This document shows positions 41,541 through 53,322 of a stretch of 64,000 nucleotides of DNA, piece by piece. The translations under genes were made by a program, and so were the position numbers. The notes under the pieces were generated by a model. The model had not been told where the DNA came from. It worked only from the letters and a program-made list of their open reading frames with translations, and ran no database searches. The stretch covers positions 27,538,210 through 27,602,209 of the forward strand of contig OZ316893.1 in NCBI GenBank assembly GCA_973895155.1, written 5' to 3'. Source of the DNA: Marsupella aquatica (lineage: Eukaryota; Plantae; Marchantiophyta). Positions within the stretch are counted from its first letter, which is position 1. Each line of letters opens with the position of its first letter.

Positions 41541-41837
41541 CTCGGGGGTCTCACTATATGGGGACCTCCCCATCGCCTGCAACGTTTTTAGGCCTTGGAC
41601 CCCCTAAAATGTAAGAAACAATTTTTATTTTTTAACCCCTATAAAGTTGGAATATTCTTGGAATATTCCAAAAATTGGATTAAAAAGGCCCTAATGTTCT
41701 TACAAGTCTCAAAATTGAATTTAAAAGACCCTATTGTTCTTCTACAAAAATTCTTAAGTCTTCCCTTACAACCAATAAAATGACCCTATCCTTCATCGCA
41801 CGTGATATGCCATTTTTGTGGAAGTGAAACCCCCGAG
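41541..41837. mobile_element. MITE, CTCGGGGG TIR family
   Basis: TIR ctcgggggtctcact / agtgaaacccccgag. 8-bp TSD AAGAGGAG. Near-identical to 45865-46159. Confidence 0.88.
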
Positions 41838-42724
41838 AAGAGGAGGTGTATCCTTGGTGTCATGCCACATGTTGCAACAAGATTGGTTTATTATTATGTC
41901 ATTTACAACATGTCTTATATGACTTATAATGACAACATTGTGTGCACTTGTGTAATTGCCACATGTTCTAATATCATTTGTTTAGATATGTGTCATTTTG
42001 AATGTCATTAAGGACATGGACAAATGACTGACGGCCGTTCATTCAGTCATTTTGGACACCGTGTCATTTCCAAATATTTGTGTCATTTCAGACACCCATA
42101 AATGACTAATGGGAGTTTTAGTCATTTGTCTTATTTGACTGTCCTAAAAGACGAGGCAGGTATGACCAAAAAGCTCTAGTCATAAAATGGTAGAAATGAC
42201 TGATTTTTTAGTCCTCATTAGAGTCCTTAAAGACAATGTTTTCTACTAGTGAAAGTGAGGGAGTGGGGGTTGGACCCCACACATCACTATGTACATACTC
42301 AAGTATAGCTTTGGTATTGTGAGTTCCAACACCAAAGGTTCTCCTATGTTGCTTCCCAAGCACACAATGTTCACAAAAGTCTAACTTAGATAATTCTAAA
42401 TTAGAAATAAGTCCTTTCCTATAAAGGACCGCCAAACATTTTTCACTCATGTGTCCCAATCTACAATGTCACAATCGAGTCATGTCTTCACGAGTTCTGG
42501 TTACATTGGCTTCGTCCTTGATTACGTTGCCCTCCAATAAATAGAGATTATTGTGCCGCTTACCCTTCAGGATAACTTTGCCTTTCATTGACATCTGAAG
42601 TACACCATTAGCAGAACTCCACTGATGGCCATTCGCTTCCAACATTCCCAGCGAAATCAAGTTCTTTTTCATGTTGGGAATATGTTTGACATCTTTCACT
42701 GTTCGCATAGCTCCATCAAACATC

Positions 42725-43052
42725 CTCGGGGGGGTCACTATATGGAGGGTCATACATCGCGTGCGACGTTTTAGGGTTTGACCCCCCTAACTTTAAAGTG
42801 AAAAATAATTTTTTGCAAAGCCCTTTCTTTCTTAAAATTTTGTCATTTTTTATTAAAAAACCCCTAAAAACTTTATAGAAAGTATTTTTTGCAATTAAAT
42901 AGGCCTATGTGTTCTTTAAAGTCGACCAATCAATAAAACATGCCCTATGTGTTCTTCCACCAAACTTTGGAAGTCTTCCGCCACACCCATTTAAATGGGC
43001 CTATACTTCGTCGCACGTGATGTGTCACTTCCGTGGAAGTGACCCCCCCGAG
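42725..43052. mobile_element. MITE, CTCGGGGG TIR family
   Basis: TIR ctcgggggggtcact / agtgacccccccgag. 8-bp TSD CAAACATC. Interrupts the copia B protease region. Confidence 0.88.
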
Positions 43053-45864
43053 CAAACATCCAAATCTTCACAGATCGAATTCCAGTAATTTGACACGGGT
43101 GATCATTTCCCATCAACACTGAACCGTTTGATACCGAGTAAGAACTGAAAAACTCTGATTTATACATTGTATGATATATACAGGCACAATCCAAAATCCA
43201 TTCATCACCACTATTTCTGGATGAACTGCAAAGGGCAACATCTTGTCGTCACAAGATTTTATCATCGAGCAAGTCGATCATATCAATATCAATGGTTGCG
43301 TTTGCTGATGGTTGATTAGTTTGCTTGACTCGACAGTCTCTTTTCATGTGGCCGGGCTTGTTACATTTTCAGCATATAATCGGTTTCCTTTCTAGAGATT
43401 TCTCTCGAGACCTGGATCTAGACTTAGACCGAGCCTTCTCCTTGCCTCTATTCCATGAGGGGTATGATTGTGAAAAGGACCTATTTTCGCTAGTCATTTG
43501 CTGTTGAGTCCTCCCATGGTTCACATTCAACACACTGCCAGATGAAGATGGTGTCTGGGCATGACCCAGTTTTTTGTGCATCATCTAATAGCAAAGAGCT
43601 TACCACCTCATCATATGAAATAGTTTTGAGGTCTCTATACAAGAGAACCTGCTTCAAACCTTGATCCAATGGGGGTAAGGAGCTGAGAAGAAGCAATGCC
43701 TTATCTTCATCTTCCACTCCCTTGCCAAGATTTGACAAATCTACAGCTAGGCTGTCAAATTCATCCAAGTGATCTCAAAAATACAGTGTATTGGACAAGT
43801 GTATGTGCAGGGGAGGGCATATAGCGCATGTATACAGGGCGGATACGGGGGCAGGGCACGAGGCCCTATGTAGAGTTAAAGAGGGGGGAGGAATACCAAG
43901 TGTGCACTTGCTAATGTGGGAGGAAAGTGGATAAGGCACGGTGCCCTATGTAACATTAAAGCAAGGGAGGGAGGAGAGCAAATGCCAAGGGCACGAGGCC
44001 CTATGTATCATTAAAGAGGAGGGGAGGGGGGGCTGGCATCGTGTCACGTATAGAGGAGGGAGGGCACAAGGCCCTATGATTCATTTAAAGGGAGGGGGGC
44101 GTATACATGGCGTATACAAGGCAGGATACGGGGGGTGGAATACACGGCAGGGGTTTACAAGTGGCCCCCCCCAAAAAACCCCTTTAAACAAAAATTTGCC
44201 TCAATAAAAAATTGTCGATTACACACCTTGTCGCCGCCTTTTCCAACAAGAAAATTGATCACCGCCAACGGGATAAAGTTGCCAAATTTCACCGGCGCCA
44301 TTGGCAACTCCAGCGTTGTAGAAACTTCCACCATGTCTCACTCACTCAGTGTCAAGTGCCAATCTCAGACTCAAAATGACCAGTTCGCTACGATCTCACC
44401 GTTGAGTCTTAGCACTTCGCGTTTGCTCCTTCAAGTCAAACGTCACGACGAGTAACCCGGTTCAGGGAAAAATGAGCACCATAGCTTGTCTAAAATCCAG
44501 AACTCAACTTCCACTCATCTCGACGCACTCGCTCAGCAAACGTCAGCAAACTAGGTACCAAAACGACCAGCTTCGCTCGATCTACAATTTGAGCGATAGC
44601 ATGCAGCACCTCATGCACCGCAAAGCTCACACCGTTGAGAAAATGATCTCAAGTCCCCCCAAAAGAACCGTCAAAGAAAACTGTCGAACACGAATCACAA
44701 AAAAATCCAAATGACGGAAACGTGAATTTGTCCGCACCACAAACTCCGTTCAGAATTTTTTTTGCACCGTCGGAAAGCCCTTGCCCCGATCTATCCGTTG
44801 AGCCCAACACCTCCAAGTTCCATGCGATGGAACTCCGTGAAATCCACCGACTCTAACCGCTGGAAAAACCGTCGCCAACACGTCACAAAAATTTTGATCA
44901 CCTCAACGTCACCTCCTAGGCTTGCTCTGATACCAATTGTTGAACTATGACGTGTTCCTTCATGACAATCCAATCATTACTCATTCCATGCACACGTAGT
45001 TGACACAATCTCTACGTGGTTCACCTCTTCTTTAAGGCTACGTCCACACGAACACTCAAGCTTTACTTCAAGAGTAGACGAACACACATGCTCTCCCTTT
45101 TTCTCAAGTTGCTCCGTTACAATGAGTAAGCACCACACACCAACAGCTTACACTAGCCTTGGTATATACAAGGTCACACACAACTAACCTAACCTTAGCT
45201 AAGACCCTAACTGTGGTTAGCCTAAGTGCCGTAACCTTTGAGTCACAAGACTAAGAGCAATCCTTAACACAACCCGTACAAGGATCTCAACAATCTGCAA
45301 ACCAAATATTTTTGCCCTTTCTTCACAAAACCTAGCGGCTATCTCATGAAGATCACCTCTTCCAAGGTACCATAGAGGAAAGCTATGACAATATCCATCT
45401 GATCTAGCAGCAGACCAAATATAACAACAAAGACACACAATAGTCGTATTGTTGAGTACTTAGCAACTAGTGAGAAGACCTCATTGTAATCCACACCTTT
45501 TTTCTATGTGAATCCCTTGGCTACCAACCTAGCCTTGTAAACCTTTGATCCACCTCCTATGGACTGATTCTTCAGCTTGTATATCCACTTGCTATCCCTC
45601 AGGCAGCTTGACAAGCTTCCAAGTTTTGTTGTCCTTCAATGACTGCATCTCCGTTTGCATTGCTACAGTCCACTCCTGCTTCTCCTTAGAAGCACTTGCT
45701 TCATGAAATGAAGAAGGTTCCCCTTCCAAAATCAACACATCACCCTCATCATTAGTAACAAAATCCTCCTCTTGCAACTGAGATGAATCAACCCACTGTC
45801 CATACCTTGGTGAAGCGCGTACAGTGCAACAAGATATTCTTCTAGGCAATGACTCCGATTGATC

Positions 45865-46159
45865 CTCGGGGGTCTCACTATATGGGGACCTCCCCATCAC
45901 CTGCGACGTTTTTAGGCCTCGGACCCCCTAAAGTAAGAATTTTTTTTAATTTTTTAACCCCTATAAAGTTGGAATATTCCAAAAATATTCCAAAAATTGG
46001 ATTAAAAAGATCCTAATGTTCTTATAAGTCTCAAAATTGAATTTAAAAGACCCTATTGTTCTTCTACAAAAATTCTTAAGTCTTCCCTTAGAACCAATAA
46101 AATGACCCTATCTTTTATCGCACGTGATATGTCATTTTTGTGGAAGTGAAACCCCCAAG
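45865..46159. mobile_element. MITE, CTCGGGGG TIR family
   Basis: Same family as 41541-41837. TSD GATTGATC/GGTTGATC (one mismatch). Confidence 0.85.
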
Positions 46160-49100
46160 GGTTGATCTGCGTGTGCTGGTACAATCTAAAGCTCAGCAGC
46201 ATCCACTTGTTGCTCACCAACATCAACAAACTCCTCTGGTTCCTCTGGCACAGGAACCAATTTCATAATTGGAGCAACTCCTTCTCTCCGGTCATGCATC
46301 TCATGACCAATCTCCCCCTCAATGAGATCCAGGATAGGAGATTTTCCTTTGTCAATACGGGAGACATGAGTATTCTTCCCCCCTTCAATAATCTGGATTT
46401 ATTGAAGGAAACATCCCTACTGACAACCAGCTTACAGGCAGTAGGATCTATAGCCTATAGGCTTTCACACCACTCTGGTACCCAAGAAAAACACATTTTT
46501 TGGAGGTAGGATCCAACTTGGTCCTATTTTTCTTCGGTGTGAGAGCGTATGCATCACTTCCAAAAACTACCAAGCCATGATAGTCTGCTTGCCGCTTATA
46601 GCGCATCTCAAAGGACAACGTTTTGAAATTGATAGCACTAGAAGGAGAAAGATTATTTTACCAAATAAGCTATGGTATTGACAACTTCTACCCAAAATTC
46701 TTGTGGTAAACCTGATTGGCTCAACATACTCCGTGATTGCTCCAATAGTGTCTGATTGAGCCTCTCAACGACACCATTATGCTGCGGAGTATAAACTGTG
46801 GTGAGATGGTGAGTTATCCCCTATTCTGAATAATACTCTTCAAATTCCACTAAAGTGTACTCCCCGCCGTTGTCTGACCTCAGGCTCTTCACCCTTGTAT
46901 CCAAACACTTGACCGTGTTTCCAGTCTGATTCTCCACCTCGGCCTTCCACTTCTTAAAAATGGACAAGACATCAAACTTATGCGTCATGAAATAAATCCA
47001 CATTGTAAATCTTGAGTAATTATCAATAAATGATACATAATATAACTTTCCAAGGTATGAGGGAGTCGGGGATGGACCCCACACGTCACTATGTATGTAC
47101 TCAAGAACCGCCTTGGAACGTTGTGTTCCAACACCGAAAGCACGACGATGCTGCTTTCCAAGAATGCAATGCTCACAAAACTCTAATTTACAAGATTGCA
47201 AATCATAAATGAGTCCATGCTTCCGTAAGATAATCTTGAACGGATAGCCCTTCACGGCTAGACCACAATTGAGTCATCTCCTCGTGAGACTTGGTTACAT
47301 TGGCCTCTCCACATATAGTATTGCCCTGCAACACATACAAATTCTTCTGTTTGCTCCCTCTCAAAATCACTGTCTCTCCCAACCTGACTTGAAGTTCACC
47401 ATCAATAATACTCCATTGATGACCATTTGAATACAACACACTAAGTGAAATCAGATTCTTACACATTTGAGGTACATACCTGACTTCAGACACTGTGCGC
47501 ACAATGTCATCAAATATTTGAATCTTCACAGAGGGTCATTGTAGCGTGCGAGGAAACAGTAAAAAATTTCCTCGCACGGGATCATTTTCTCCTTGGAATA
47601 CCCAAAATTTAGCACGAAAACAACATCGCTAGCAAAAAGTGACACTCGCTAGCCTAAAAGGAACCTTCTATTCCACCTATTTATTTAACTCCCGTTGGGT
47701 TTAAAAAGCGATCCCGACAATGCATTGGTACATATTACGTATTCCCCGGACACGAACGGTCGTCGACGGCACCATAATTCAACATATAATTCTACCGTAC
47801 ATCAGGACAGCGAAGTCGCTAGCCATAACTATGCCCATCATTCTCGCACATTTTTACATATCACGTAATCGTCGCACAACAGTCCACTTAAAGACCCTAT
47901 AAGTGACCATCATCATGGAACGTACGTCAGGCCAGCAAAATCGCTAGCAATCGTGACACCCATAATTCTCGCACGAACTTTGGCGTGCAATCGTTAAAGA
48001 CGTGAATAAATCATAATGACACGGGACAAGGAAGCATGTCTTTTGACTTAAACAATCTCGGGAGCGCATCCAAGGACAGAATCCAAATCTTCATCCAGAC
48101 ACCAAGCGTGAAATGCACAACAGACAAGATCTAAGTACAACCAACAGACAAGATCCCAATCCGTTGGGAAGGATCTCCAGCTATCCACCATCCCCTATAT
48201 CTTACTCGCTTCTTAAGAAACATTTCCATTCATTTCCTTTCAGCCATTCTTTCGGACTTTCATTGGGCTCGACGCTTACTCAAAGCGCGATTTGCTTGTT
48301 GTGTTCCCGATTGTCGAAGCCCTTCCGTGACCTCTGCTACTGTCAGCGAAGCTACTGTCATCCTGGAAACTGTCGTTACTATTGTCGAAGCAAGGAGCAT
48401 ACATTTTCCGCTCGGATCCGGATCGAGGTATCCCCGTTCTCTATCATATGTTGTCCACTTGCAATTTGGTTTTCTATCAGGTATTCGTTGTCATTCGCTT
48501 TCTTGTTCGTCAACATAAGAAGACTTTTTGAAAGATTTCAAGTAAACTTATCGCATTTGTTTTCGTTTCAGGGAGAAATGGCACGGAACGAGGGTGGATC
48601 TTCTCGTAAATGGATTCTGGAAGTTCGGCGATATAACACCGAAACTGACGGTCAACTGGATTCACCTCCAAGGTCCATAGAATCAAAGCAGACTTAGAGT
48701 ACTGTCGACGAACCTAAGAGGAGTACATCCCCTTCCGGTAGCAAGGCTCCCGTCCTATCCAAGGACTACAAGACGGCCGCACCTTGTAAGGAGAAATTGA
48801 CGAATCCGGTCTCCCACACACAAGTTTCTTCTCGTTTGAAAGCGCCTGTCTAGCTGTAAGGGGGTATCGGCAAAGCGGAAGAGAGAAGAGGAGGAGTCAT
48901 ACTAGAGGGACCTCGAGATCCACGACTATTTCACGGAAAACATCCTCGCTTCCTCCCTCTGACTATGATACAATCTCCGACTCTGACTCCGATGCGTACA
49001 AGGCAGCGAGCCCTTGAATAGGAAACAGTAACGGTAGTCCATGGTGTAGGGGCATAGACATTTTGTAGACTGTGTCTATTTTGTAGATCTGGGATCCGAA

Positions 49101-49552
49101 AACGTGATATCGACACTCAATGTCCAACACAGTTGTAAGGGAGAACATCTTTGTTCATTTTGAAATAACTTCTTGAGAAGATTTCCGACTGCAATGTTTG
49201 GACTTACAGTACTAGTTTTGCTAGCGACATCGCTAACAAAACTATGCGTGACTAAAATGGTTTGTTTCTCCGAGTGTATATCCAAAAACCATTTAAAATA
49301 CATGAGTTATTGAACTCTACGTTATGTAGAACTTGGTCAAAAAGAAACCATTTACGGGAAACATAAAACTTTACTTTTACGGGTTTAACGCCAGAGACCT
49401 CGCTAGCAAAATAAACACTATTGCCGATACGTATAGAATAGTACTAGACCCTCGCTAACATTGCATACGCAATATAATTAGTGAGGTGGACGACTTTCCT
49501 ATGTTCTGAAAACCAAAAAGGTGACAAAATTAGGGACGCTGAGACGTTCACC

Positions 49553-52500
49553 TCAACGGATAATAGAGATTAAGTCAACTACACTGCAACGGAATCTGTC
49601 TAGATTCAGTGAGAACTTGTTTAAGTACACCCAAAGGAGGTGTTTACAAGACATATAGGGTCTTCCTCTCGTGTGTCTCTTGTAGAAGTCATCACATGAG
49701 CAAGAAGGAAAGCAACACACTTGGACCCAGTACTTGTGTGCAATTTTAGAATCTGTCTCGTGAGTGACAATAAGATATTGCCATCCCCACCCGTTTCTGA
49801 GGCATATCTTCTCACTTCCAATGACTCTCATATGTTCGTCAGTCGCAGATCGAATGCGTTTTAGAAGCTCCGGGGTGTTCTGGAAACATTGACGAACGCC
49901 TTTCCCATTCCGAGTCTTGAATCTACGGTTTGGAATACCAATGTCAACTCTTTCTGGGAAGGAGTTCACATCATTTTGGAGGTCAACACGATTTGGAGAG
50001 GAGAACGACCCAATTGGTGCTGGATCAGAGTATGATAATCCTCTTATTTCAATCCCATTTCGAAGAAGAAAGTCAATCTCTGTTGGGGTCAGCCTGGTCC
50101 CACGCTGGACTTGCAATGCCTCAGGTGGTTCCGGAAGCTGGGCAAGAGTCCTTCTACCACCTGTTTTATGGCACCTATTATTCGGACAGAAGTATAGAAG
50201 CTGACAATGTGGAGATGACAACCTCAATCCGTGAATCGCAACACCAACCACTCCAGCCCGGAATGCCTTCATTCCAGTTTCTTTGATGAGATTCCTACAC
50301 TCATCTCTTCCAAACATACTTCGGTCCACTCGTCCATTGCAAACAGGTCCACTCCCTTTTCCACTCCGCCTCAAGTGCCAGGTCCCATATGTCACATCAA
50401 CCTCTTCAACAAAAGGGATCCTTCGGGGTGCATCCCGAATTTCATCCCGATTATTTTGAGGCTGTGGTATTTCTCCAACGTAGTTCGGGTCCTGTGTTGT
50501 ATCTCCACGGCTAAGATCTTCACCATCATTTGATATTTTGAGAGACAGTCTAATGTTTCAGTCGGTGACCAAAATACATTTACGAAAGAAGTTTTATTGC
50601 TAGCGATCTCGCTAGCTTAAACTCATCAGAAAGAATTCACCGTTACTCACCACACGAATAAAGTTACCCCATTGTCTCCACCGCACAACCCACCATGAAA
50701 TCCACCCTTGTAGTGATTTAAGCTTGGATGGGTGACAATTCCCCTCTTTCCACCATTTTTGAATGTCTTCGGCGATACGATATGCTTCGACGTATGTTGG
50801 AGCAATTCTTAACTTCTCCCACATCTTATAGTGCTCCGCATGACACCCCTCCTTGATCCCCTCCAAAGTGTGTCTTCTGAGGGATTGAGAGAGATGGAAA
50901 GCATCACTATGCTCTTTCAGAGGATTTCTGACACCCCCAAAAAATACCCTTCTCACAGAAATCCAGCCAGCCTCCGCATTGTCTGCTATGAATCCTCCAA
51001 TAATGGGATTATGCACTCCATTCTCGGATGCGACATCTACCATTAACCTCCACGCAGTTTCAAGCGACTCTGTGTCTTCGGCTCTCAACTCGCAAGTGAA
51101 AATTGTACACAGAGCGCGGTAATTATGGTCATACACGTGTGCGCTGAAGGTCAACCATCCACTAGTGATACGATGCATCACTTCAAAATTGACCCACGAA
51201 CCTTCCAATGCTCCTCCAGCCTCCATGCTCCTCAAAATTTCCACACCCGATCCAGGACCATTTGTACTCATTTTGAATACATGCGCTCGATCATTTCTGT
51301 TTCCTTGACCGGGAAACAGGTACCTCTGCACGAAAGGGAAATTGTTACGTGATTGCATTTCACGAAGTGAGTCAAGTTCTCCTTTTTTAGGATTATCCAT
51401 CTTCACACTCCGAAGAATAGCTTGGAACTTTGGAGCGGTAGAAACTACTCCGATCGAACTCCAAATTTCTTGTTGTTCTTCTCTCGACAACTGAGCCGAT
51501 GATTCTGGATGCAATAGCGAGACAAGGTTCCCAATTGACTGGTTTCTCAGACATGCGGGAGTTGAGACTGGATTCAACCGATGGACCCCTAAAACAACAT
51601 CTTCCGCTGTTTTTCTCGCATAACGAGATTTTCCCTTCCAAACAGGGTGATCGTGGAATCCCATATGCACAGCCAATCTGGACATATGCATTGAAATGTG
51701 ACTCTCCAAACCTGGCTTAGGGTAAACATACAACAGTTTTGCCGGGCATTCTCAAATACAGAGAGGCCTCTCTTCACAGAAGCCACAGACAAGTCCGCCC
51801 TCACTCACTTGCTCTCCAAGACAAAAGATGTCAGTCAGCAACCCTTTCCCTCTGAAAGCGCAGTCATTTTTGACTCCAGTATGTTTCAACTTCCGGCAAC
51901 CCAAATTATGGCATTCAAGATTTCCAGCGCAACGAACTTTCGACACAGCCCAATGAAACCTTGGCTTCAAATTTGCAGATGTAGTGACTAGTCTCGTCCA
52001 AGGATAGCCGTCCTTCTCTCAATCCATATCTTGGAGACCTCCTCCCCTCCCGGCCCCCTCGACTGGAGGAAGTTCAAAAACAACGTTACCATTGTATGTC
52101 GATGGCAGAGTCGAAACCTGACATTCATTCCATTGATTCCCTCTTCTAAATTGTGCAAGTTCACTCGCTCCACTGATATTGAGAAAAGTGTCATAGGCAC
52201 TCATCCGATACACTGTGGTCATGCTATCCCCAGTCCTTTCAATCAAATTTGTCGCTAACCCTTTGGGTTTGGAACCATCTCGTGACTTCATCGAACCACA
52301 AGATGTGTCTTGCCTTATACTCTTTGGAGATATTTCAATGACCTCAGGAGCTCTGTCTTTGGGAGGCGTCCCAAGATCAATCATAGGAGTTTGATGAACG
52401 GGATCTAATTCCATGGGTTCCAAAATGACATCAGGAAAACCATCTTTACTGGACAGAACCTCGACACAAGATCCAACCTTCAGCGTCCAGACCTTCCCGG

Positions 52501-52717
52501 AAGTACTACTGTCCTCTCTCAACTCGTGACTCCGTGGCCCATTTTGAGAATACAACTCAAACAACTTCATGAGAAGGTCATCTTTTGGAATTCCAAAATG
52601 AGTTGCAAGGAATGACTCTGTCACCCTAACCTCCGACGAGTCAGGGGCACTTGGGAGTACCACCACGTCTCCCGTGATTCTACGCTCCAAAACCACCTTG
52701 GAATTCATCGACATCAT
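49553..52717 (-). pseudogene. MULE transposase of element 2 (GCM-like + partial DDE + SWIM), internally deleted
   Basis: Homologous to the element 1 transposase: TYNGNVVFELPPV, CAGNLECHNLGC, HMGFHDHP, FIADNAEAGW, SDAFHL and CSCDDF..SCKHL. Intron donor at ~50648 is at the same position. The ESxH segment is absent. Stops and frameshifts. Confidence 0.85.
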
Positions 52718-53322
52718 CTCTTCTCAGCATACAAAAATACAACGACTATGTTTTGAATCGCCCATACGAATCCTATTTGCAGGACCAAAACTGGGTTTTT
52801 TCCCAACGGAAACAACAATCCGAACAGATTGTCAGTCTGTTCCCGTTGATTTTACCGTTATTTTGTCTTTTACTCAACGTATAGGGACGTCTCCCATGCT
52901 AGCGATCTCGCTAGCTTGGTTTTGATAGTTTTATGGCAAGCAAACTGTTGATTTCAACTCTTTTTAAGGATATCTGTGTCATTGAGTTTATGCCAGCGAT
53001 CTTGCTAGCCAAAAAGTCAAACTGATTTTTGATGAAGTTTACCGTTAGGATCCCGTTGGGAATAGTCAACGGGTACCATAATGTCAACGGTACAAATTAC
53101 ACGGGACACCTGGAGTATTTTGTATGGATAAGATTATCGGTCGTGAAGGTTGTTCTTCGTGTTTTCCAAAAGGTACAACTAGTGGTCCCTGCCAGGAGAT
53201 TTCTGTTATTCCTTACATCGTACTGTTGATCATTGTCAGTATTCACTATCGTAACTCTGTAAGGCTTTGGAAGTTCATAGCAGTTTGTACGGCTGTCCTA
53301 ATTCTCCGAAAGGAGGTGCTCT

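Larger units (their letters stand above)
22490..42251. mobile_element. Non-autonomous CACTA (EnSpm) transposon inserted in the copia B integrase
   Basis: Perfect 13-bp TIR CACTAGTAGAAAA / TTTTCTACTAGTG. 3-bp TSD AAA. Dense subterminal AATGAC/GTCATT motifs. No transposase ORF found. Confidence 0.92.
19807..45269 (-). mobile_element. Ty1/copia element B inserted in the RT of copia A
   Basis: 332-bp LTRs at 19807-20138 and 44938-45269 (TG..CA). 5-bp TSD CAACC. PBS at 44924-44935 (-). PPT next to 20139. Degenerate RT/RNase H (20346-21494), integrase (21747-22489, 42255-42460) and protease/gag (42469-43770). Confidence 0.92.
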
